Of a stretch of DNA of 64,000 nucleotides, positions 49,391 through 57,272 are shown piece by piece; position 1 is the stretch's first letter, and each line of letters opens with the position of its first letter. The notes beneath the pieces were generated by a model, which worked only from the letters and a program-made list of their open reading frames with translations, made no database searches and was not told the origin of the DNA. Position numbers and translations under genes: made by a program. Source of the DNA: a virus; the IMG/VR virus record IMGVR_UViG_2974543594_000001, positions 6,679 through 70,678 of that record; one strand, written 5' to 3'.

Positions 49391-50488
49391 TTAACTGTTT
49401 ACGTGAATCAGTTGTCCGAACTTAACTTCTGCTCTTGGGTTATCAAGGCAAACCCAAATAACATTAGGTACAGGTGCTTTCTCCATTTGACGACAGTCTA
49501 AATCAGAGAAGACAACTATCAGTTCGGGTTTCTCTTTAGCTGCGTGGTCATACACGCAACCTAATGAGGTACCTCCTCTACCAGTGAATTCACATTGACT
49601 GATATCATCTCCTTCCTCTAACTCATACACATTATGAATCTTCGTATCGAAGGTGCAGACAGTAATCCTTTTTGGATTAAGCTGTTTTTTAATGGCATGA
49701 ATTTCACTGATGTATACAGTGAACTGTGCATCAGTAACTGAACCAGAGATATCAGTATAAAAAATGATATGCTCTAGTCCTTCAGAGTTTAATGAAGGAA
49801 GATAGATATCTGGAAGAAAACGTCTATTGACCTTCTTCCACGAATAATCATTTCGAGTCATCTCATTAACAAAGTTTCTGAGAATGTCATTCCACGGCAG
49901 TTTTGGATTTAGTAAATCCTCTAGATAGGCTCGTATGTCTCCGGGAATATCGCCGTATTGACCACGTTGAGACGCAGCAATACTGCTTCGGATAAGCATA
50001 GAGTCAATCTGAGTATTGACCTGTTCATCCGATAGACCTTGGTTTTTTTTAATATCTAAACCAAATCCACCAGAAGGTATTGGAGGGGGATTACTGAACA
50101 GCAAATCGTAGATTTGTGGAGCACTCATACCATCGTACTTGTGGTCCATCAATCCAGACTCCATCGCATAGCCAGCGTCATCCAACATATTATTTATGTA
50201 GTAGTCGCAGGCATAGTTCCAGATGGTTGGATTTCTTCCCGATAGTCTCGACATGTGTTTTAACACAACATGCCAGGTTTCATGGGCGAGAAGTGTCACC
50301 CTCATCGGCCTGGATAAATCCATAAAGAACTTTGGATTTATTTCTATACTCAACCCATCAGTACAAGCTGTGGGTACATCATCATTCCAGTTCAACTGAA
50401 GTGAGCAGAACATAGAACAGATGAAAGTATTCTTTCTTATCGAGAACAAATCTACTTTTGCTAAATCTAACGCTTTATCTTTATCCAT
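49391..50488 (-). CDS. VWA-domain protein with N-terminal HExxH metallopeptidase-like domain (DUF2201-like)
   Basis: 365 aa. HETWHVVLKH in the N-terminal half. C-terminal half has a VWA-like DxSGS motif (DISGS). Immediately downstream of the MoxR ATPase. Confidence 0.55.
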   Translation of the reverse strand: MDKDKALDLAKVDLFSIRKNTFICSMFCSLQLNWNDDVPTACTDGLSIEINPKFFMDLSRPMRVTLLAHETWHVVLKHMSRLSGRNPTIWNYACDYYINNMLDDAGYAMESGLMDHKYDGMSAPQIYDLLFSNPPPIPSGGFGLDIKKNQGLSDEQVNTQIDSMLIRSSIAASQRGQYGDIPGDIRAYLEDLLNPKLPWNDILRNFVNEMTRNDYSWKKVNRRFLPDIYLPSLNSEGLEHIIFYTDISGSVTDAQFTVYISEIHAIKKQLNPKRITVCTFDTKIHNVYELEEGDDISQCEFTGRGGTSLGCVYDHAAKEKPELIVVFSDLDCRQMEKAPVPNVIWVCLDNPRAEVKFGQLIHVNS

Positions 50489-50499
50489 GCAGGGTCTCC

Positions 50500-51516
50500 T
50501 TAGAGCATACCTGCACCAGACTCGTTAGCGTATTTCATCACCCAATCCTGAACTTCAGGAACTTGAACAATGGCAGGCCGTGCTTTAACAGCACTACTTA
50601 AAGTTACGATTTGGAATTCAACCGGCAGTTTATTGATAAACTTCATCAACTGAGCACCGTTATTGGGGTCAATCTTAGAAGCAACATAACCAGCATATGC
50701 GTATTTAATGTCTGGTCTGTTCTCAATTTCAATGCCTTCTGGGTCTTTGAGAATTTCTTCGATAGTCTTAATCTTTCCATAGATTGAAGTATATTCGATG
50801 AACTCTCTCGCAGCCCCCGGACCAATTATCCCAGAGATAATGCCAAAGTCATTATCAATGGTGAGTTCTAAGCCATGAGAAACACGGCTGGTAAAATCCC
50901 AAGTACGAGGACATGGGAATGGGTTTTTAAGGTCCTGTGGGTTGAATTTATGGAACAGGTCTTCCTTAAACATTAAGAAAGATAGGATGCGATGGTCGAT
51001 GGCATTATCCAATGCCCAGATTTTCCAATCATCGAAGTTCGCTTCCAGTTCCAAATTGACGATACGTGACAGAGTTGCACTACTCATTGTAGTGGTGATA
51101 GCTCCATCAGTATCTTTGTTACCTGCCGCTGCAATATATACGTCAGGATGAAGTTTGGTTTGACCAACCATCCCATCCAATAACTTATACGCAGCAGCTT
51201 GAACAGCTTTTGGCGCTGTATTCATCTCATCGAGGAACAGCAGCCAGCCGTTATAACCTTCAGGTATTTTATCCCCTAAGATGGGGATATCTTTTGGTGG
51301 GTGATAAACCGAACGCCCGTTTTCAATATTAGGAAATCCGAGCAAGTCAGTTGGGTCACACTGACCTAAGCGTAGGTCAATAACCAGCAACTTAAACTCT
51401 TTGGCTATCTGACGAATAATCGCAGATTTACCAATGCCCGGACTACCTTTGATAAACGGGACCAATTTAGCGCCGAAAGCACGCTCTATGGCACGCTTAA
51501 TAGCTATTGGTCTCAT
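50500..51516 (-). CDS. MoxR/CbbQ-type AAA+ ATPase (AAA_5)
   Basis: 338 aa. Walker A is GSPGIGKS. Walker B is LLFLDEMN. Paired with the VWA protein. Confidence 0.65.
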   Translation of the reverse strand: MRPIAIKRAIERAFGAKLVPFIKGSPGIGKSAIIRQIAKEFKLLVIDLRLGQCDPTDLLGFPNIENGRSVYHPPKDIPILGDKIPEGYNGWLLFLDEMNTAPKAVQAAAYKLLDGMVGQTKLHPDVYIAAAGNKDTDGAITTTMSSATLSRIVNLELEANFDDWKIWALDNAIDHRILSFLMFKEDLFHKFNPQDLKNPFPCPRTWDFTSRVSHGLELTIDNDFGIISGIIGPGAAREFIEYTSIYGKIKTIEEILKDPEGIEIENRPDIKYAYAGYVASKIDPNNGAQLMKFINKLPVEFQIVTLSSAVKARPAIVQVPEVQDWVMKYANESGAGML

Positions 51517-51531
51517 ACATCACCTACCCGA

Positions 51532-51858
51532 TTAAACTTTGAGAAGGCGGCGAGAATCCATCAGGAATGGAATTACGTCACCATCTTCATCGACGATGTG
51601 GACAATGCAATCAAAAATCATTGCTGAGTTTGGGGTATTGCTGGCACCACCTTCGAGGTCCCAACCTCTTTTAGGGTTGGCAAGAATTTCGGTGACAATA
51701 CCCGGACGGTCAACTGTCGGAAAACGGAAGAACCCTTCATTAGCAGGGTTGATGATGACGATATCACCTACTGACACCGGCTGGTGAGATACCACCATTG
51801 CATTGAATGCATTACGCAGTGCATCAATCTTTTCTAAACTGATTTCTGGCTTAGACAT
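51532..51858 (-). CDS. hypothetical protein
   Basis: 108 aa ORF directly upstream of the MoxR gene. Confidence 0.4.
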   Translation of the reverse strand: MSKPEISLEKIDALRNAFNAMVVSHQPVSVGDIVIINPANEGFFRFPTVDRPGIVTEILANPKRGWDLEGGASNTPNSAMIFDCIVHIVDEDGDVIPFLMDSRRLLKV

Positions 51859-51878
51859 TTTTGTTTACCTCTTTCAGA

Positions 51879-51905
51879 TGAAAAATAAGGAGCCAAATGA
51901 CTCCT
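51879..51905 (-). terminator. intrinsic terminator
   Basis: AGGAG-(8 nt)-CUCCU then UAUUUUUCAUC on the minus strand. Confidence 0.4.
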
Positions 51906-51909
51906 ATAC

Positions 51910-51926
51910 AACGCACGGAGTGCGTT
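51910..51926 (-). promoter_or_regulatory. GGA-triloop hairpin AACGCAC-GGA-GTGCGTT overlapping stop of 51925..52335
   Basis: 7-bp stem with a 3-nt loop and no U-tract. Confidence 0.25.
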
Positions 51927-52335
51927 AGGCTTCCGGGTTTAAGAAATAGATGCCCGGTAAACCAACATCGATGGTGTATTGAGATTCTTGCCGGACAATC
52001 TGGGGAGTAGTGCCAAATTGCATGTAGAAATGCGCCAAAATCACTGAAGCTTTTGAGGTTTCCATCATGACAATATGTTCCGGCAGACCATCTTCCAGCA
52101 TGTACTTTTGAATTTGTTCGATTACAGCAGCACGTTCAGCAGCTTCAGGAGACATGGTTTTTTTAGCCATTTCAGCTATAAAGTTCATGCCACCTTCCAT
52201 ACCCAGCTTAGAACCGTATACAGCAGTCAGAGTACGAGCACAGTTAATAAATGGCTCTTCTTTTTCACTGTGCAGCCATGACAGTACAGTCATGATGGTT
52301 TCTTTGCTTGGCAGTACTACTTCAGTCTTTTCCAT
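51925..52335 (-). CDS. hypothetical protein
   Basis: 136 aa ORF. Confidence 0.4.
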   Translation of the reverse strand: MEKTEVVLPSKETIMTVLSWLHSEKEEPFINCARTLTAVYGSKLGMEGGMNFIAEMAKKTMSPEAAERAAVIEQIQKYMLEDGLPEHIVMMETSKASVILAHFYMQFGTTPQIVRQESQYTIDVGLPGIYFLNPEA

Positions 52336-52645
52336 CTGTTTTACCTTCAGATTGATTGAGAATTTGAGTTAACAGCTTACTGATACCTTCTCCGAGTTCA
52401 TCTACTCGCTCAGCTATCTGCTGTAATGAAGTGAGTTCGCTTTCACGAATCTCTTTGTTGATTAAGAATTTGGCTAAGCTATTAAAGTTCTGGAAGTAAC
52501 CACAGTTAGTTAACTGGTCCTGACCTGCTTTAACGCCACTCTTAATCTTTTTACGTTCAACCAAAACAAACGTGTAGTTGTTGGACGAAACAATATATTT
52601 ATCACCCAACTCTACGTTAAGTTTTGAACCTGATTCTTTAGCCAT
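52322..52645 (-). CDS. hypothetical protein
   Basis: 107 aa. AGGAG RBS. Confidence 0.4.
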   Translation of the reverse strand: MAKESGSKLNVELGDKYIVSSNNYTFVLVERKKIKSGVKAGQDQLTNCGYFQNFNSLAKFLINKEIRESELTSLQQIAERVDELGEGISKLLTQILNQSEGKTDGKD

Positions 52646-52654
52646 CTGGTTCTC

Positions 52655-52682
52655 CTAAAAACAAAGCCACCCGGAGGTGGCT
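52655..52682 (-). terminator. intrinsic terminator 20 nt upstream of next start
   Basis: AGCCACC-uccg-GGUGGCU then UUUGUUUUU. Preceded by a second hairpin AGCGCC-gta-GGCGCT at about 52695-52709. Confidence 0.55.
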
Positions 52683-52708
52683 CTAACCAAGGATAGCGCC
52701 GTAGGCGC

Positions 52709-52882
52709 TTAGACAGGATAAGTTTTATCGAGACACTTGTTTAAGTTATGGCGATTGATGTACTCACGACGCTCTTCTTGTAGACGAGCTATTTCAGCTT
52801 CGTGCCCAACAATCGCTTTATCTATCTCAGCGATATTATGCTTATGTCTGTCCCAATCGAATTTGTTCATTGGCTCAGTCAT
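52709..52882 (-). CDS. small protein translationally coupled to dut (not in the ORF track)
   Basis: 57 aa: [57 protein letters not shown]. Its ATG overlaps the dut stop (TAATG). Confidence 0.35.
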   Translation of the reverse strand: MTEPMNKFDWDRHKHNIAEIDKAIVGHEAEIARLQEERREYINRHNLNKCLDKTYPV

Positions 52883-53331
52883 TATTTAGTTCCTGTTGAA
52901 TTAAAGCCGCCTTCACCACGTTCAGTAGCTTCAAAAGAATCTACTACAACGAATTCAGGACGCTCTACAGGGACGATTACCATTTGGGCAATACGGTCAC
53001 CAGGGTTAACTGTGAAAGGCTCTGTAGAGCGATTCCACAAGCTCACCATAAGCTCTCCCTGATAGTCACTATCAATGAGGCCAGTGAGGTTACCTAACAC
53101 GATACCGTGTTTGTGACCTAAGCCAGAACGAGGAAGAATCATTGCTGCTTTTGATACATCTTCCAGATGAATAGCAATACCAGTTTCAACCAGCTTGGTT
53201 TCACCCGGAGCAAGAGTAAATGGCATAGCTACGTTAGCTCTTAAATCTACACCAGCAGAGCCATCAGTAGCTGGAGCTGGGATACACATTGAAGGGTTTT
53301 TAAAAACGAGAGTTCTTAGCTTAACTTTCAT
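52882..53331 (-). CDS. dut: dUTPase (trimeric)
   Basis: 149 aa with all five dUTPase motifs: [35 protein letters not shown]. Confidence 0.85.
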   Translation of the reverse strand: MKVKLRTLVFKNPSMCIPAPATDGSAGVDLRANVAMPFTLAPGETKLVETGIAIHLEDVSKAAMILPRSGLGHKHGIVLGNLTGLIDSDYQGELMVSLWNRSTEPFTVNPGDRIAQMVIVPVERPEFVVVDSFEATERGEGGFNSTGTK

Positions 53332-53380
53332 AAGAGTTCCTGTTTAACTTTGTAGAAATGCCATAGCATCCTATAGCATT

Positions 53381-53412
53381 TATAAAAAATTAAAATGCCC
53401 TCCGAAGAGGGC
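53381..53412 (-). terminator. intrinsic terminator after SPFH gene
   Basis: GCCCUC-uucg-GAGGGC then AUUUUAAUUUUUUAU on the minus strand. Confidence 0.6.
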
Positions 53413-53418
53413 ATAGAA

Positions 53419-54279
53419 TTACTTAAATGATACGAACGGGGTAACACTACCCTGCGTCATGTAAGTTGGCAGAGCACCGTTCCATTTCTCAATAGACCGA
53501 AGGTCTTTCATCTGAGGATAGCGGTTCAGGGCTTCACCTACTTTAGCGATAGCTTCTGCTTCAGCATTTGCCTTCATGATAACGGCATCAGCTTCTGCCT
53601 GTGCTTCTTTACGCTTAACGTCAGCCGCACCGTCAGCCTGAGCACGAGCCATGTTCGCTTCAGCTTCACGCTGCAATACTTCCTGAGTACGTTGCAGAGT
53701 GGTCTGGTTCGCAGTCACTTTCGCGTTGATAGAGGCGATAACGGTTTCCGGGTATTCCGGCTTCCCAACGTAGGACAGGCTGATGACGTCGATACCAATC
53801 GGAGCCATCTCTTCCTGCATTTCTTTCAGCGCAGCATCCAGAAGGTCAGCTTTACCGCCATCAATGAACTTGTCGGTAGTCATACGACTAGCCAGACGGT
53901 TCAGGCTATCAGCGATTTTCTGCTTCATGTCTGTATCGGTAATGTCATCGATACCCTTACGATATGTTTGGAAGACAGTAGTCACTTTGGTCGGATTGAC
54001 CTTGTAAGCCATACCGATGTGATAGCCGATGGTTGTACCATCCGACATTTGGAAGTTAAACGTATCGTCATACGTCTTCATCTGTTTGAAGGTCGGGAAC
54101 GTATAGACGGTTGTGTTCCAACCAGTCCAATAACGACCGACACCGACGACTTCGCCTACGCCTTTATCATCGCCCAGCTTGTTCACTTTAATACCGACGT
54201 GACCAGGTTCTACACGGTCACAGCCAGTTAAAGTTAATGCACCTAATACCAGTGCAACTGTCAAAAATACTTTTTTCAT
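53419..54279 (-). CDS. SPFH/band-7 (stomatin-prohibitin-flotillin-HflK/C) lipoprotein
   Basis: 286 aa. Signal peptide plus lipobox LTGC. SPFH core (VEPGHVGI...). C-terminal Ala/Glu-rich coiled coil. GC-rich island. Confidence 0.65.
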   Translation of the reverse strand: MKKVFLTVALVLGALTLTGCDRVEPGHVGIKVNKLGDDKGVGEVVGVGRYWTGWNTTVYTFPTFKQMKTYDDTFNFQMSDGTTIGYHIGMAYKVNPTKVTTVFQTYRKGIDDITDTDMKQKIADSLNRLASRMTTDKFIDGGKADLLDAALKEMQEEMAPIGIDVISLSYVGKPEYPETVIASINAKVTANQTTLQRTQEVLQREAEANMARAQADGAADVKRKEAQAEADAVIMKANAEAEAIAKVGEALNRYPQMKDLRSIEKWNGALPTYMTQGSVTPFVSFK

Positions 54280-54461
54280 GGGAAATATTTCCTAATCAGA
54301 GGTTTAAAAATACGGTACAGACATACCGGATAAAGGACTGTAATAGCGATACCGCTTAACACTGACATGGTATCTTTTGCAGAAATCATGGCTGGTAGTA
54401 CCCCAACATATAAAATAAGAGTAACGATTAGGGTGGCTACTAAATAGAAGGCAAGCTTCAT
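54276..54461 (-). CDS. small two-TM membrane protein
   Basis: 61 aa. Overlaps the SPFH start by 4 nt. Confidence 0.45.
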   Translation of the reverse strand: MKLAFYLVATLIVTLILYVGVLPAMISAKDTMSVLSGIAITVLYPVCLYRIFKPLIRKYFP

Positions 54462-54739
54462 TTATCGGTTCCTTTTGGATTGATAGCCGAATTTGGAAGA
54501 CAGCTGATACTGTAGCTATCACTGGTATAACTAATAATTTTTCGAGTTCCGGGTACATAAAGTACCCAGCAAGTTACTTCAGCATCATCATCATGAATCC
54601 GTTGAATATCGACTTTCTCGAACGTTGGATTGATACCAGAATCGCTGCCGTAGGCAGCCGATAAGAAACCAACCATAATTGCAGATAGAATTACGGTAAG
54701 CAGTGCTACATCGAGCACTACTCGTCTATAACTACGCAT
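54458..54739 (-). CDS. single-TM membrane protein with small beta-rich C-domain (possible NfeD-like partner of SPFH)
   Basis: ATG at 54739 (M15 of the track ORF). One TM helix, then about 60 aa soluble domain. The NfeD idea rests on layout only. Confidence 0.35.
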   Translation of the reverse strand: MRSYRRVVLDVALLTVILSAIMVGFLSAAYGSDSGINPTFEKVDIQRIHDDDAEVTCWVLYVPGTRKIISYTSDSYSISCLPNSAINPKGTDK

Positions 54740-54862
54740 ATGTAATCCTCTGGATGCAGAAGGACAGAGATATATCTCCATCCATCCCAGACATAAATCT
54801 TGATAGATTCATCAATGAAGACGTTATGAATGGGGTAGATATTTCCATCCCAGGCATACATC

Positions 54863-55210
54863 TTAGTGAAGGGTTTTAGGTTCTTCGCCCGAATAGGCTT
54901 CAACCTCACCTTGGTATTCGGCTGTGGTTGGGATTGTTGGGTCTGAGCATTCATACCAGTATCCATCTTCAGCTTTCCAGAAGAGCCATTTACCTCTAAG
55001 GTCTCTGGCAATAAGGTCGTGGTTAGGGGCATCACCCGGAATTGGGCTACGGAATGTAACATCAGCGATATCGACTAACTCATCGACACCTGATTGTTCA
55101 TGCTGTACCCAAACCTTGTCGTAATAGAATGCTTTGATAATTACGTTAGACCCATGACCTTCAGGGTCTTTGATAAATTGCATTCTCATCATTAAACCGA
55201 TAGTAATCAT
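54863..55210 (-). CDS. hypothetical protein
   Basis: 115 aa ORF. Confidence 0.4.
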   Translation of the reverse strand: MITIGLMMRMQFIKDPEGHGSNVIIKAFYYDKVWVQHEQSGVDELVDIADVTFRSPIPGDAPNHDLIARDLRGKWLFWKAEDGYWYECSDPTIPTTAEYQGEVEAYSGEEPKTLH

Positions 55211-55590
55211 TAATCCATTCTCCCAATTAATCTCGCTTCGCCATTGACCGTATACACGGTCATGGCTCGCTCGTATTGCCAGAACTTGATATCAAGCCCT
55301 TTAGTGTTATTCAGATAATAAACAGCAATTGGATATTGCGGTTCATCCCCCGGATAGGTTAGTAAACCATTATTGAATTTGGATTCAGTTTCTGAAGGGA
55401 GCATAGGCTCCCCGTATGAGTAGATTTCCCAAATCCTGTGACCTACATCATCTTCATTTTCAGAAGACAAGACAGCACGATTAACAATCTCTGGTATGTA
55501 CCCGAGAGAGTCACGTATACGGTCACGGTTAATACCTACGTAATGACCTGTTGGGTCAATATCGATAGTTACAGCCGTGAAAATAGACAT
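55210..55590 (-). CDS. hypothetical protein
   Basis: 126 aa ORF. Confidence 0.4.
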   Translation of the reverse strand: MSIFTAVTIDIDPTGHYVGINRDRIRDSLGYIPEIVNRAVLSSENEDDVGHRIWEIYSYGEPMLPSETESKFNNGLLTYPGDEPQYPIAVYYLNNTKGLDIKFWQYERAMTVYTVNGEARLIGRMD

Positions 55591-55598
55591 AGTTTCTC

Positions 55599-56837
55599 CT
55601 ACGAAAGCATATAATTACTTTGACGGATATATTTAGACAGGTTGTTAGACAGCTTAGCGACAGGGATACGCTTACCAGATATCTGAGATGCAATAGCAGA
55701 CAGCATGTTGCTATCAGCAATCTGTGCAAAGATATCGATGTAGTTCTGACGTACATGGTTCATGTACAGAGGATGACACTTAAAGCAATCATGGATTGCA
55801 ATCAGTGCAAATGGCTTATGAGCCAACATCTTCTCGATGATTTCAATGAGTTCTCTTCGAACCCAATGAGGAATCATGTGAACATTGAGGTGGTCAATAA
55901 ACTCAATCAGAACAGCAGATACAAATTTATGGGATTCAGTTAATTTAAGAGCCTGTGCAAGCCTTGTATCATCTACTGAATAGTTGACGATACCTTTCGT
56001 ATTAGAAGCCGTCAGAAGCTCATACACACGCTGTACTTTGAGCAAATCGTAGTTAGCACGACGATTCATCTCACGAACAATCATCCCATCTACAGAGTGA
56101 ATGACATTCGCTGCAAGTGACAGACCAGCTTTCTGACCTTGGTTAACCCAATAGCGGTGAGTGAACGAGCTATTCAGCTCATTAACTTCAAAGCTATCTT
56201 CCATTGGAACCATGACTTTAACTACAGCATTGAATCCATCTGGAAGAGTCCAGTGATGTTGTAGAGCATTTGCCTGCCATAAGGCAATCAAGTCATCACG
56301 GAGCATGTTTGCACCTGGAGCAATGATTTGAACCATCTCATAGAACTTCTGAAGCTCTATGGTGTTCTCACCAAACAGGTTTACAGGATTAGCTCTGGAC
56401 CCATAGAAATGGGTCATAGTCGCATCCTTGGTATGAGAACGTTCAATCTTGTCCAGTTTGCCATCCAGTAAGTCACCCATGACTTTATAGCCATCGGTGT
56501 ATGCATCATGACGTACATCAGGATTAACCATGTTCACAGTCTCTGCTGTGACTTTACAGCCTGTCAGTGCTGCCATGCACTGTAGACCAGATGCAGTAGC
56601 ATCCATACCTACCAGATATCCTGTAGGCAGTCCTGCCTTGGTATCTTCATAGCACAACTTACCTGCGTAGAATTGTGCAGGTTCATCTGCATCATCCACC
56701 AAACCAGATAAGTTATCTTTATTTGCTTCGAACCAGTTTAACCGGTCTTCAAACAACTCCTTGTCTAAACCAAAGGAGTTAGCAATATCTAATTTGATAT
56801 ACTGGAACGGAGTGAACGTCTGCATTTTGAGTCTCAC
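55599..56837 (-). CDS. phage RNAPII large subunit (N4 gp16-like; C-terminal half of a T7-like RNAP)
   Basis: 412 aa. GMDATASGLQCMAALTG resembles T7 DGSCSGIQHFSAM (motif A). THFYGS is motif B-like. IAIHDCF is motif C. Confidence 0.8.
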   Translation of the reverse strand: MRLKMQTFTPFQYIKLDIANSFGLDKELFEDRLNWFEANKDNLSGLVDDADEPAQFYAGKLCYEDTKAGLPTGYLVGMDATASGLQCMAALTGCKVTAETVNMVNPDVRHDAYTDGYKVMGDLLDGKLDKIERSHTKDATMTHFYGSRANPVNLFGENTIELQKFYEMVQIIAPGANMLRDDLIALWQANALQHHWTLPDGFNAVVKVMVPMEDSFEVNELNSSFTHRYWVNQGQKAGLSLAANVIHSVDGMIVREMNRRANYDLLKVQRVYELLTASNTKGIVNYSVDDTRLAQALKLTESHKFVSAVLIEFIDHLNVHMIPHWVRRELIEIIEKMLAHKPFALIAIHDCFKCHPLYMNHVRQNYIDIFAQIADSNMLSAIASQISGKRIPVAKLSNNLSKYIRQSNYMLS

Positions 56838-57043
56838 TTATTAAGTTGAGAGAAAGTTTGGATAATTTTATCTGCGTAATACTTTTTAGTTTGAGGCTGT
56901 AAAAGCCAGCAGCCCATACAATGGAACTCACACTTACCCCAATCAGCTATATTGAGATAATTACCTTTGCAAGCTGCTGCTGTATTATTTGATACAGCCC
57001 AATATCTTAATTCTGACAAAATAATTAAAAGTTCCTTATTCAT
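56834..57043 (-). CDS. small Cys4 protein, MNxELIxIL paralog family
   Basis: ATG at 57043 inside track ORF 56834..57220. MNKELLIILSEL...C-x11-C-x3-C-x2-C. Confidence 0.5.
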   Translation of the reverse strand: MNKELLIILSELRYWAVSNNTAAACKGNYLNIADWGKCEFHCMGCWLLQPQTKKYYADKIIQTFSQLNK

Positions 57044-57272
57044 CAGGAATGATTCCCAGCAGCCTCCCTGCTGAGTCCAGACCAAAGATGGTCTGTTTAA
57101 TTTCATCCTCTGACATATAGAACAATGCACATTTAGTTTTGTCGTGATTCTCACCACAGAACTTTTCACATGCAGGATGGGTACTACAGAAGTGAGTTTC
57201 CAACTCATCCGGGATATCACGTAACAACAGAGTGATTTTGATGAGTTGTTCTGGTTTAGATAATTCAGCCAT
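57036..57272 (-). CDS. small Cys-rich protein, distant member of the same family
   Basis: 78 aa. ELSKPEQLIKITLLL N-terminus and a C-x5-C-x3-C...C pattern. Confidence 0.4.
   Translation of the reverse strand: MAELSKPEQLIKITLLLRDIPDELETHFCSTHPACEKFCGENHDKTKCALFYMSEDEIKQTIFGLDSAGRLLGIIPDE

Noticed and set aside
53692-54231. 179-aa and 74-aa + strand ORFs antisense to the SPFH gene
   Set aside because: Same GC-island effect. The sense strand has clear SPFH domain logic and a lipobox, the antisense has none.
54718-55062. Full 114-aa ORF overlapping 54863..55210 by 200 nt
   Set aside because: Two long same-strand overlapping frames are unlikely. Only the C-terminal 47 aa (from ATG 54861, after the upstream stop) look plausible, and even that is low confidence, so I did not list it as a feature.
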